This document shows positions 1-24,876 of a DNA stretch of 64,000 nt, piece after piece. The notes under the pieces were generated by a model. The model had not been told where the DNA came from, ran no database searches, and saw only the letters and a list, made by a program, of their open reading frames with translations. Within the stretch, counting starts at the first letter, position 1. Each line of letters begins with the position of its first letter. Origin of the DNA: the human T2T-CHM13v2.0 reference genome, Homo sapiens. A program made the translations under genes and the position numbers. Location of the stretch: NCBI RefSeq assembly GCF_009914755.1, contig NC_060930.1, one strand, 5' to 3'.

Positions 1-5171
<5,171 letters not shown>

Positions 5172-5189
5172 TTAATTAATTAAACTAGA

Positions 5190-5422
5190 AACCCCCTGCT
5201 GCCGGGCAGCTTGCTTGGGTCAACTCTGAGGCATATTCTCACCTGGCTCCCTGAGCTCCCCAGAGGTAACTGGTTCGATGACACCTCCATTCTTGGCATC
5301 CTTCCCTCCGCTGCCTCACTTCTTCACTCCTCTGCTGGTGTTTGCCGTGGCCACCTCCATTCATGTGTGTGTCCTCTGACCTTTGTCTCAGGGTCTGCAT
5401 TCTGGGGACCCCAAACCAAGAC
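5190..5422 (+). mobile_element. LTR16-like ERVL LTR fragment
   Basis: Ends tgtctcagggtctgcattctggggaccccaaaccaagaca. Confidence 0.5.
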
Positions 5423-5630
5423 AGAGATACCAAGATGAGTCTTCAACAAACTTATAATCAGACTGAGAGGTGAAATCCACAGAGTTAGGATAATGAAGTA
5501 CTATTAATAATAAGAGAGCACATATAATAAATTTAGCCACGATGACCTGACTCTTAAGCACTGGCTCTGTGCCAGGAACGGATCACTGGGCTCAATGTCT
5601 GTTATCTTATTGAGTACTCACCAGAGTCCT

Positions 5631-9324
<3,694 letters not shown>

Positions 9325-9416
9325 GTCCTCTACAGTTGTTACTTCATAATCCCCATTTGACAGATAAGAAAGGTGAGGTTTAGAGAAGGCTTTTGTTCAA
9401 GGTTAAGAGCTATACT

Positions 9417-9810
<394 letters not shown>

Positions 9811-10172
9811 CTAGAGGTCCCTGGCATGACCTTTCAGGAAGGGAGACATTTAAGCTGAGCCTTGAGGGATGGGCAGACATTGGGAAGATGAAGAGTCCTG
9901 TGGAGGGCCTTCGGCCTCAGTTTTCTCATCTGTCAAGTAGGCCTAATAATAGTACCCCTCCCATAGGGCCATTTGGGGATTAAGTGAGTTGATATAGACA
10001 TAAAGAGCCTGTAGTAAGTGTTCACTAAATGCTAATTATTATTGACTATGAATGGGAACAATGTGAGCTGTCGGGTGTGGTCCTGGTTGGAGGTCTGAAC
10101 AGGTTCCAGAGGCAACCTTCCAGTTCCCAATCCCAGCACCCAGGCCCTGAAGGGAGAGAGCTGGAAAGGCCA

Positions 10173-10203
<31 letters not shown>

Positions 10204-13200
10204 GGTTAATCAGTCTGGAGAGTCTGGAGCCCCTGAACTTGGGATTTTAGTCAGGCAGGCTGCATTCCTGCATTTTCCTTTTTCAAAGAACATCACAACC
10301 TCTGTCACCCAATCTTCACATCTCCGTTCCCGACAGCCTGGAAGTCCTCCCTGCTGTCTAACATCTTGGCTTCCTCCTGTGCCTTTTGTGTGTGGGACAA
10401 AGGGAGAGCTAATGAATCTCAGTGATTGGCACTGGAGTTGGCTGGGAGCAGGACAGGTGGAGCCTGTGTGTGGTCCACAGACTGTGGTGCCAGAGAAAAC
10501 TCACCCTGGGTTCAAAGGCCTGTCTGGCTCAGGATGGAGGGAGTGGGCCAGGGGCCCCCACTGGAAGGTGGAATCAGAGATCTTGGAGGCAGCTGCAGTT
10601 GGAGGCTGGAGACAGGCCTTGGTGAAGTCCCTGTCCCAGCTTCGAGGCTCCTCCCAGCCACTGCTGGGGAAGTGTTCGGGGCAGGGTCTGTGAGGGGTCC
10701 TCTGCCGGGCTGCTCTGCCTTTGTCTGGGCATAGCTCCTGAGTGAAAAGAGATTCTCCTCCCAGATTCCCCAGCTGTGACCCTTCTGCAGCATGGAGGTG
10801 ACGCCTCCGGGCTCTGGCGACAAGCAGACCCAAGTTTAAGTCACAGCTCTGTCACTTATTAGCTTGTGACATTGAGCAAACCCCTTCACCTCCCTGAGCT
10901 TTCCATATGTGAAAAATGAGGATGCCTTGCTGGCTGTACAGCCTTCACCAACCTGTTAAACAGCTGAGTTTCCATTCCCCATCTGGAGCATGGGAATGAT
11001 CCATTAGCTGTTTGATCAGCAGCAAGTCCCAACAGCTTGGTAAGCCTCAGTTTCCTCATCTGTAAAATGGGGACTAGAATGAGTTAAGACTAAGCACCAA
11101 CACACCCAAGCACCATGGCACCACCTAGGGGCGGGCATCAGGTGTTGGCGATGGTTGGTTATTTGTTCCTCCCTTCTGAATCCTCCCCACGTGCCTCACC
11201 CTGGGTAGCTTTTCTCTCCGCTCTCCCAGCCAACTCTGGACAAACACAGAGAGCTGCTGGTACGCTGGGGTCACTCCTGGGAGTGGCTACATTTTGAAAT
11301 AGAGCATAGAATGACAGCAGTGCCAACCACAGGAAGGAGCTGCTGATGTTCAGCTTGGCCCAATCCATGTCTATCACGGGCTTGCAGGGGGTCAGGAGCT
11401 GGATTGCAACTGGGGGTCATGGCAACCAGGGGCACCAAGGCCCTTGGGGAGTCTTCCCCCTCATGCCCCTGCTTTGGCTGGGAGGGGAGAGGAGACTGCC
11501 GGCGCAGTGGTTCTTCAGGGTTGGTTCACCCGGGGACTCAGGCTGAGTGGGGGCAGTGCTTGGCAGGAATCCATCTCTGTCTTCTAGGAACCACCCTTTG
11601 GAGCTCAAGGAGACTGATCACAGGACCTTCTATCCCTGGGGACCCCCTTCCAGGGACCCTGAGATTCCACACTTTGCTGCTTCCTGCAGCAAAGTGACAG
11701 GGATCCCAATGTTTCCTGTGAAATGAGCCCCGCACAGGGGTGGCACACAGCAGGCCCCCACTGAGGGTCTATGGGATGAATGAGTGATTGGAGATGCCGA
11801 GGAAAAAGCAGAGGACCTAGGCTGGCCCTCAGCGCCCCTCCGAGTCCTTCCATGGGCTCTACTAGGCTGCTCCTCTGTCCTGGGCTTCCTCCCTCTCCAC
11901 AGGAACATGGGAACGCTGGGATTAACGTCCCCAGTACTACCCTCAACCAAAAAGCACAGGAGTTAGTGGTTAAACAACCTGCTCCCCACTTTGGCTCTCC
12001 CGCCCCTTGGTGGGACAACCCGAAGCTGTAGGGCATAGCCCCTGAGAATGTCGCCAGCAGGGTAGAGCCTCTGTGCCAACCAGGCTTGTGCTTCCCGAGA
12101 TCTTCTCCCAAATAAACCGCTATCCCCAGGTCCTGGCCTCAGCGTCCACTTTAGAGGAACGCAAATGAACCCAGGGTCCCAAGCTTTGCTCCTACCAGCT
12201 ATGTGATGATGAACAAATGAAATAACATCTCTGAGCCTCAATTTCCTCACTCATCTGGTGTCTCCATGATGGCTGCTCTCCACCGTGGTGAGGGTAGCGG
12301 GGTAGCATTGCCTGGGAGGGTGGGGTGCAGTCTATGGACTGAGAGCACCTGGCTGGTTTCCTCTGGAATTGCTCTCCTGGGGTGGTGAAGCTGTCTGCAT
12401 ACTGTAAAAATGGATGCATGACACTGCACATTTTTCAGAAGCCATGGAACTGCACAAAAAGAAAAATGAGCCCTCATGCAAACTGTGGTGTTTCATTAAT
12501 GATAATGTATCAATATTGTTTCCACAGTTGTAACACACATATCACACCAGAGCACCACGGTAATCATAGGGGAATCTGTGAGAGGGGGAGGGGGGTATAT
12601 GACAACTCTACATTATCTGCTCAATTTTTCTGTAAACCTAAAACTGTTCTGCAAAAATAAAGTCTCTTAATTAAAAAGAAAAAGAGCAATCTGTGGGCAG
12701 CCAGCGCAGGGCTTTCTTCGGAGTTGCTCTCCCAGGAGTCCCACCCACCCTGGATGAGGGTCAGAAGGGAGGAGGACGTTGGCTGGCCTGCCACATGCAT
12801 CAGTTAATCAGCAGGATGATTAAGCCACTGGACTCCTTCCCTGCCCGGGATTCCAGGAGGGACTGGCGTGGTCACAATGTGGACTCAGGAGGTTAGAATT
12901 TTCCTGTGAACCAGGCGGATGCCCTGCCCGTCCCAAGGCCCTTGGGAGGCTGGGGAGGGGAAGCAGGTGTGGAGAGAGAATGAAAGCCACCTCCCCAAGC
13001 ATGACAGCCTGTCTGGTTCTGTCAGCTCCTACACTGTGACATGCCCCATCACCCCCTCAGTCTAGGGGCCCCAGAGGGCAGAAAAGTCATCCTCACACCC
13101 CATATCCTGTTATCTCCAAGGACCGCTGTAATTTGCTCTTGACTCCCTTGAATCTGCCCCCTTCTCTCCTTTCCTGTTTCCCTCCCCGACACCCAGCCCC

Positions 13201-15184
13201 AGCACCTGCTGCCTGGACCCTGTGGCAGCCCCTCCCAGCAGTGCTGCACTCAGAGACAGGGAGTGGGCTTCAAAACCCAGCTACCAGCCAGTCCTCCCAG
13301 GCAAAAGCCCTCCATGGCTTCTCATTGCTTAAGACAAAGACCAATCCCTTCCTGTGGCTCCAGGTCCTGCCTGGCCTCAGCCCCATCTCTTGCCGGGGCC
13401 CTTCCTGCTCCATTACAGCTGCGCTGCTTGCTCCTTCCTGGAGCGTGTTCACTGTGTTCCTTCCTGCCTCTGGGCCTTTTCACTTTCCATTCCCCAATGC
13501 TTGGAATGTCAGTTCAAGTGTCACTTCCTCAGGGAATCCCTCCTGCCTCTCCCTACCTCCCCACCCATCCCCTACTGCTCTAGCCTCCCTTGGGAGAGCT
13601 CCAGTCTTGTATCATCACACCGTACTCTCCCACAGCACATGGCAAAGTTGCAATATAACTTAGGTAAGTGATTCAGACCTGCACCCAAACTTGAATTCCA
13701 AGAGGGCAGGGCTGCGTCTACTTGGGGTCACTATAGTACCCCAGCATCCTGTACAGCACTTGGCACACAGTGCAGACTCAATAAATATTTGTCAAGTGGC
13801 AGAATGCAGCCCTCCACCCCAGATTGCTTGTCTCAAAAGTTAGAGGCTGGGTTTGGTCAACCACAGACTGGAGAGCCCCTTCCAGAGAAAACCTGCCCAA
13901 CTTTGAAGGCCAGACTCTTGAGGATTTTTGCAGCGCCAGGGCCTCAGCGCCTGGGGATGCTTCTGAGTGCCCTGGTTGCCTCGGCATTCTGGTGCCTGGC
14001 TGGAGGTTGGGGGTTGCACTCCTGCAGACCTCAGTCAGGTCTCCTCTGTTCTTAGGCTGGCCCAGCAGCCGGTGGGGCTGTGGGAGGAAGAGGCCGACTG
14101 CTCAGGCCAGGCCTGCTCTACATCTGGCCAGCAGCCTCCCCCGCTGCCCCAGGACAAGGGCCCCAGTGTCTGCTCAGCTTTTACAAACAGCAGGCCTTTC
14201 TCTCCCTCTCCACTCTGGAGCCTCAGCTGTGACCCCTCCCTGCCCCCTCGGAAGGCACAGCCCTGGATGCATGACCTTTTCCTTCTGAATGATTCGGAAA
14301 CAGGCTGACAAACCCGGCGCAGGAGCAGGTCCTGTATAGTGTGTGAACCCCTCTATTTCATCCATTCCCAGCTTTGGCCGGGCAGCCAGGGCAAGGACTG
14401 GCTGGGAGGGCCTTAGTCCTGCCAAGGTGGGGTGGGGTGCGGCTAGAGGCCAGGCCCAGCCCAGGTGGACTTGACGTCATGCTTTTCACCTCTGTCTCTG
14501 TCAGACAAAGCCTGCTCCTTCGTGCCTGGCCCTGCCCCCGGGGAAGTTTTCCATGCTGCTCTCCTTTCTCAACAGGATCACAGGGCTGATGCTTCCCCTC
14601 CCAACCCACCTTTCTTGTTGGCAGGTGAAGTGCCAAGGCCTGCGCACACTCACAGAGACCTGCGCCGCTTCCCTCCTCGTGCAGGGTCCCCCTTCGGAGT
14701 CTGGAGAAAGGAAGAATGGCCAGAGGCCACTCCCTCTCCTTGGGAGCTCCTGCCGGGATGCCAACCTGGGCTTCAGGATGGGATGACCTCAGAGGGCAAC
14801 TCGGAACTGTAATTAGCCTCCACTGTAATCCCCGCCACTCCCAACTCAGACTCAGAACTCTGGGGGCTTGGCAGCTCAGCCCAGACCCCCAGCTTCCTCC
14901 TCCTATCCAGCGGGTGTAACAGGCACTCAAAAACTGATTACTAAACAGGGAAGGGGACTTGGAGGCCTGATTTGTGGAGATCTTGATAAAATCTTGCCTT
15001 ATACATGTCCTATTCTTGGTCATCCATACAAAACAAAATTCCACCGTTAGATGGTCATTCCTTTAGATCTACACGCACTTGTCTTTTTTTTTTTAGAATC
15101 CTCAGATGTAGGCAAATAATGACAATTACAGACAATATTTGTTGACTGAGCTAGGTGTTTTACAAAGTAGTTACTTATGCTAGA

Positions 15185-15920
<736 letters not shown>

Positions 15921-16029
15921 GTCTATATTTTTATTTTACATAGAAGGAAATGGAGACCCAGAGAGACTGGGAGCTTCTCTACCCTGTTAGTGGCTGGGGC
16001 TAGGACTCCAGTAATTTTGCTCCAGGACT

Positions 16030-16152
16030 TGTTTTTCTTTTTCTTTCTTTCTTTCCTTCCTTCCTGCCTGCCTGCCTGCCTGCCTTCCTTCCTTCCTTCC
16101 TCCCTCCCTCCCTCCCTCCCTCTCTTTCTTTCTTTCTTTTTTTTTTTTTTTT
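16030..16152. repeat. Compound pyrimidine microsatellite (CTTT/CCTT/CCTG/CCCT) grown from an Alu tail
   Basis: Read directly; abuts the poly-T of the minus-strand Alu. Confidence 0.9.
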
Positions 16153-16949
16153 TGACAGAGTCTTGCTCTGTCGCCCAGGCTGGAGTGCAGTGGAGCAATC
16201 TCGGCTCACTGCAACCTCTGCCTCCTGGGTTCAAGCAATTCTCTGCCTCAGCCTCCTGAGTAGCTGGGATACAGGCTCCCACCACCACACCTGGCTAATT
16301 TTTGTATTTTTAGTAGAGATGGGGCTGTTGGCCATGGCTGGTCTTGAACTCCTGACCTTGTAATCCACCCACCTCATTCTCCCAGAGTGCTGGGATTACA
16401 GGTGTGAGCCACCGCACCCAGCCCAGGACTTGTTTTTCACTGTGACTGTGAAGGTGCCCCGGGAGATGTCATAGGTTACCTACCCTATGACCTATCCTCT
16501 CAGAGGAGAGGAGGAGGGGGCACCTAGTAATGGAGTGTCAGCCTGGGGAAGACCTGGAGTAGCGGCCCCTTGGTTTCAGGACTCCAGCACCAGGGGGCTT
16601 ATTCCAAGGCCAACACCAGAAGAGGGCAAGGGGCAGGCTTTCTTCTGTGGCTGGTGGGAATCTCGGCAGCGGCTGGCTTTCATCTTTTGCTTCACCAGGC
16701 TAGGACCACGTGTTGGAGTTAGCTGGCTGCATTCCTCCAGTCCCTTGCATGTGGTAGGTGGTTAGCAAATATCTGAAAGAAATAGATGTGGCATTGATGA
16801 CTGGGGCATGGGGGTGGGGGTGAGGAAAACAGAACAAGTTCTGTCTCCTTTCTAGCCTTCCCAAGAAATCGGGTGTGCCAGTGTGTCTGAGTATGTGGAT
16901 GAGAGTATGTGAGTGAAAGTGTTGGTGTATGAGTGTGAAAGTGTATAAC

Positions 16950-16950
<1 letters not shown>

Positions 16951-16980
<30 letters not shown>
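16951..16980. repeat. (GT)n microsatellite
   Basis: About 14-15 perfect GT units read directly. Confidence 0.95.
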
Positions 16981-16982
<2 letters not shown>

Positions 16983-18454
16983 GCTTCTGGGGCAGGAAGC
17001 CCTGTACACTCTCCCTGGCTGTGGCTAAATGGTTACTGTGGGCTGCGGTGCTTGCCCAGGGCAGCTTATGGCATGGGGAAGGAATTCTCTGGGAACCCCA
17101 GCGGGCCTGGATTGGCACCCCACCCACGGCGGGTGACCCAGCCGGATGGCTGCTACACTGAGTCAGGCCTTCTGGCCCGGCCTCGCCCCGCCCTGCTTGG
17201 CCCTGCTGTCAAATCAGGACTGAGGGTCAGAGGAGCCCTTGAGAACTCCCGATTATCTGCCCCCAACCACGAGACTATCTGTCTGCACAGCCAGCTGCCA
17301 TAAAGAGGGTGTTCTCCTATGCCTCCCTATCACAGTCAGAGAGGGCCAGTCAGAGCTTAAAGAACAGTCAGAGCCAAGGGTGGAATCTGGGAAGGTGATG
17401 TGAACCCTGTTTACAACAAGGTGGACACTGAGACTTAGAGAGGTCTGATCCTTGTGCAAAGCCACACAGCAGAGCTGAGAGCAAGTCTCTAGAAGATGGA
17501 GGGGAAAGAAGGACATTGGTGGAGGACACCTAGGTTCAGAGCTGCTTTCCCCTCCCCAGATCCCAGTCCCCTTCCCCGGCCCCAGTGTCCTCTCCTGAGT
17601 CAGGGAGAAGGTCTGGGCACTGCCTGCCTTCCTTTCCTTGCCTTCTCAGGCCCAGGGTGGATGCAGAGTGTAGGAGGAGGGTTTCCTGGGGGCGTTCTGC
17701 TGGCACTTGGAGCTTGGGGTTAATGCTTTGAACATCTTTATTTGTATCTATTTTTGGTTATAGGTTATACAGCCACATAGTCTGAAATGTAAAAGTTTTA
17801 AAGCTGGGCACAGTGGCTCACACCTGTAATCCCAGCACTTTGGGAGGCTGAGGCAGGTGGATCATCTAAGGACAGGAGTTTGAGACCAGCCTGCCAACAT
17901 GATGAAACCCCATCTCTACTAAAAATACAAAAAATTAGCTGGGCTTGGTGGTGCATGCCTGTAATCCCAGCTACTTGGGAGGCTGAGGTAGGAGAATTGC
18001 TTGAACCCAGGAGGCGAGGTTGCAGTGAGCCGAAATCATGCCATTGCCCTCCAACCTGGGCAACAAGAGCAAAACTCCATCTCAAAAAAAAAGTTTTAAA
18101 AAGAGATAGGGTAAAAAGTGATCCTTTCACCAGTCTCTGGCCCCCAGACCTCCCACGCAGAGACCCCTAAAATCACTGGCTTCCTGGGAATCCTAATCAG
18201 AGCTTCTTATTCCCTTTGGGAGGTGGGGCTAGTGGGTGCTGGGAGATACCCAGCCATTGAGGTTGGGGCCTGGGCCGGGCAGATTGGTCATGAAGGGGAT
18301 GATGGTGACCTCCTTCCTGGGCCTGAACTTGGCCCCAGCTTAACAGCATTCCACTCAAGCCACTCAGAAGAGGTGCAGCCCATCAGCTCTTCCCAATTCC
18401 TTAGAGCATCTCTGGGAGCTCTGTACTCCCCACCCAGGGGACCCAGGCACATGA

Positions 18455-19112
<658 letters not shown>

Positions 19113-19529
19113 TAGCCAGGATGGTCTCGATCTCCTGACCTCAAGTGATCCACCTGCCTTGGCCTCCCAAAGTGCTGGGATTACAGGCGTGAGCCACCCC
19201 GCTAGCCAATTTTTGTATTTTTAATAGAGATGGGGTTTCACCACGTTTGCCAGGCTGGTCTTGAGCTCTTGACCTCAAGTGATCCGTCTGCCTTGGCCTC
19301 CCAAAGTGCTGAGATTACAGGTGTGAGCCACTGCACCCTGCCAAGCAAGCACTTACTATTTTCCTGACTTGGTCTGGAGACACAAAGTGAAGTGAAGTGA
19401 AGTGTTCCTTCATCCAGCTAACAGTTGGCTCAGGGAGCCCAGAAAGAACTGAGTGTTTCAATCCAAGATGGCTCATGATATGTTCTCTGATAGTGGGGGA
19501 ATAAAGAAATCTCATGTTACAAAGTCTGT

Positions 19530-20590
<1,061 letters not shown>

Positions 20591-20904
20591 TGATCTTTTT
20601 TCTTTTTAAGACAGGATCTCACTCTGTCGCCCAGACTGGAGTGCGGTGGCATAATCATGGCCCACTGCAGCCTCCTTGATCTCCCTGGGCTCAGGTGATT
20701 CTCCCACCTCAGCTTCCCAAGTAGCTGGGACTACAGGTGCACACGACCATGCCTGGCTAATTTTTTTTTTTTTTTTTTTTTAGAGACAGTGTTTTGCCAT
20801 GTTGCCCAGGCTGGTCTTGAACTCCCGGGCAAAAGTGGTCCTCCAGACTCGGCCTCCCAAAGTGCTGGGATTAGATGTGAGCCACCTTGCCTGGACACAA
20901 CTGA

Positions 20905-21228
<324 letters not shown>

Positions 21229-21687
21229 TAATTCTTAAAAAAAAAAAAAAAAAGAACCAAATTTGGCAAAATACAAAGATTTGACAAAGCTAGAGGAAAG
21301 ATACAGGCACTCACTGTATTTTTATCTATTACTTCTTAAAATATTTCATAATAGTACTTAAAAGATTAGTGCTCCAGTACTTTAGGGAAGAAGACTTTAT
21401 TCTGACCATGGGAACTTGAAAAGGTGAAGTGCTAGAGAGAGCCACAGGAGCGCAGGCACAGGGGTATGACTGGATGAGGTCCTGGGGAAATGAGAAGGGA
21501 CACACTGAGTCCTTCCTGCCTGGGATGCTGTGCTGATGGCTCACACTTCCTTCACATGTTGGTATGGTACTCTCTCCATTTAACAGATGAGCAAACAGGC
21601 TGAGAGAATGCCTGCTAGAAAGTGGCAGAGCTGGGACTCTAATCCAGGCCTGTAAGAGTCAGAGTCCGGGCCAGGCGTGGTGGCTCA

Positions 21688-21998
<311 letters not shown>

Positions 21999-24506
21999 CT
22001 ACAGCATGGATCCTCCTTGAGGAGCAATTGTGTTTTCTGCAGAGGGTGGGAGGACAGCAAGACTTGAGGGTCCAGTGTGCTGGGCTCAGGTCTGTAGACT
22101 TCTGTGGGCAGTGAGGAGGCATAGGAAGGCTTCAAGCAGGAAGCAGGGGAGGGAACTCACTGGAGCTGTACCATCTGTTTCTTAAACTTTGGTCTTTGTT
22201 GTTGTTGTTTAACCAACAGAAACTTTCTTGAAACAAATTCTAACTCAGAACGCAGGTATATAAAATAGCTTACAGTGGAGCTGATTTGGAAGAAGCAGGT
22301 GACAGGGGCCCAGAGCCCTCACCTCTGAGACCTCCTGGTTGGTGGAGAGACAGAGGCTCTAAGTATTCCTAGGATGGGGAGGGGTGGGGAGAAACAAGGC
22401 CATGTGCTTTAGTCCAGAGAGACCCAAAGTGGAGTGACCTCCATTCCTGGCTGCTACACCTCGGCTGAGTTATGGAGCCATCTATACGGATGTCAGGGGA
22501 GGAAGGAGGTGGATTCCTGGGTGTGGCTGTGGCACAAGTTCTGAGTGTGGCCACTGGAGGCAAGTTTTCAACTTGTCCCTCTTCATCCTCACGGTCTGGG
22601 GAAGGGAAAAAGGCAATTGGGCCCAGGCTGACAGCTTGATCAGAGCCTGGTGCCCAGCAGAGGCCTGACATAACAGGCCTTCAATAAATGCTTATGGAAT
22701 GAAGGCATATTTTTCCCTTCTAACTTTTGGGGAAGATACAGGAGGCCTGACTCCTGGGAGCAAGTGAAACTGTCCCAGGGGCTGCCCCTTCTCAGTGAGG
22801 TTCCAGTGACCCATCGCTGTGGCTCAGTTGGTGTGGGGTAATAGGAGAATACCCAGCTAAAAATCAGAGGCTTGGTTGGCTTCTGCCTCCAGTTGCCAGG
22901 AACCTGCCGTGTGCCCTTGATGGGTGGTGTTCCTTCTCTGGGCTTTGGTCATCTCTTTTTGGCACAGTGGACTGGATGAGGTTTTTTAAACTGCAGTTTG
23001 CAACCCATTTGGGACATTAAAAAAAACCAGTTCAGTGGGTTACAATCAGCATTAAAGCAACAACAAGAACACAACTGAAATAGAATAGAAAATATCAGCA
23101 TGCATCAAAGGTCATAAAAGTAAGTATTGTTTGGTGAACTATTGTTTTGCTTATATATAGACGAAGGTGTGGACTGGTCTGCTGTAAAACTTGTTACTGT
23201 TTGCCATGGTGAAAAAACAAAACAAAACTGTAAAAGACGGTACTTAGCGATCCTGGAGGTGTCCTTCCCTCCCACATCGTTCCTGGGGGTCTTCGTAAAA
23301 CAAACAAACAAACAAACAAAACAACAACAACAACAAAAAAACCACTGCCTGGGGCTCTTCTCCTCCCAGGGTCAGCAGCTGTCTCTTTGCTTTTAGCTGT
23401 CTCCACCCCTCCCCTAGCCTCTCTTCTTCCTGCTTCAGTCACCGAGTCCCCTCCTCCCTCTCTCCCAGGGACAAACGCCCCCCCACAACTCAGGAAGTGG
23501 GGTTGGGGGGTCCGAAGGGAGCAAAAGTGATCGGATGGCGGTGGCAATGGGCACCCTATCTTAGGCGTTCAAATAAAGGACTAGGAAGCAAACACCCAAG
23601 CACCGGGGAACAGAACAGAAAGTAAGCGAGCCCGGGACGCGAATTTGAGGGCAGGACTTCGGGAGCCAGAGCCTGGCGGCGCTGCCGCAGCGGGTCACTC
23701 CCAGGGGGCCGGCACCCAGACTTGGCATCGTTAGCGCTTGGGTGCTCTGTCAACTAGCGAAGGTAATTTTCATCCCTGCTTTTTTTTTTTTTTTGAAAGG
23801 AAAGACGGAAGGAGCCAAGAGTTTTGGAGCCAACTCCTGGAGAGGGAGCGGCTGAACTGATTCGGAAGTTGGATCTCTTTGTACACAGGAATGCGGAGAG
23901 AAAAAAAACAAAACCCACCCCATTGCTTCATTTCCCCTCCAAGCCTGAGCACTTTCTATTGTGCAATGAAAAGGCTTTTCACGTTGAGAAAAATGAATCC
24001 CGAATTTGCTCTGCAAAGGGATGAGCGCGCCTCTGGGCGCCAGCCTGCTCTCAGCTGGGCGCGGAGACCGCGCGGTGGCCGCAGGGCGGCCGCGGCCAGG
24101 GCGCTCCAGGGCGCGCCCTCCGCGAGCGGCTCCGGGGTGACGCCCGCCGGAGAGCTGGACTCCCCCTTCCGCGGGCGCCTGCACTGGCTCTTAGCCAGCC
24201 GAGGGCCCGGGTGCAGATAGTCCGGGAACCCCGAGGGCGGAGAGCTCCCCACTACGCCTGGGCCTCCCAGGGATGGCAGCTCCGAGAGCCCCCTAGACCC
24301 GGTGCCTTGCAGGACGCCTCTGGAGATCAGGAGGGCTGGCGGCGCATTCGGCGTCCGGGAGGCCGGGCCCCGGACGCGCGAGGAGCGCGGGGCGCGGGAA
24401 GGCAGGCGGGTGCACATGGGTGCCGGCGGGCGAGCTGCGCGGGGAGGGGGGGCGGGGTGTGGCCTCCCCGCCTCCCGGGCGGGATTTGCATGTGTGTGGT
24501 GGCCCC

Positions 24507-24787
24507 AGACTTCCTGCTCCTTCTACGCTGCAGGTACGCGCGGGCCGGGCGGGGCGGGCGGGCGGCGGGCGCGCCAAGACGTGGGCACCTCCTCACCCGG
24601 ACCCCGGGCCCCGCCGAGCCGCCTCCTGGCTCCCGTGGCCGCCAGCCCGCCCCGGCCGCACCGAGCGTCGGGATCCGAGGTGGGAGCGTACCCCTCCCCG
24701 CTCCCCGGACGCCTCAGTCCTCCGCACTGAGCTTGGCCACGCGCCCCTAGGCGCCCCCCACGCCCTGGGCCCCGGAGGGCCGCAGCC
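24507..24787 (+). other. ITPR3: Probable ITPR3 5' UTR (GC-rich, ATG-free, G-quadruplex-capable)
   Basis: No ATG between 24507 and the start codon. The start site is inferred from an initiator-like CC|AGAC and is approximate. Confidence 0.65.
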
Positions 24788-24876
24788 ATGAGTGAAATGT
24801 CCAGCTTTCTTCACATCGGGGACATCGTCTCCCTGTACGCCGAGGGCTCCGTCAATGGCTTCATCAGCACTTTGGG
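24788..24876 (+). CDS. ITPR3: ITPR3 coding exon 1 (aa 1-30, [30 protein letters not shown]), 89 nt
   Basis: GCCATG start inside a CpG island. Translation matches the recognisable IP3R3 N-terminus. Donor GG|GTGAGT at 24877, phase 2. Confidence 0.98.
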
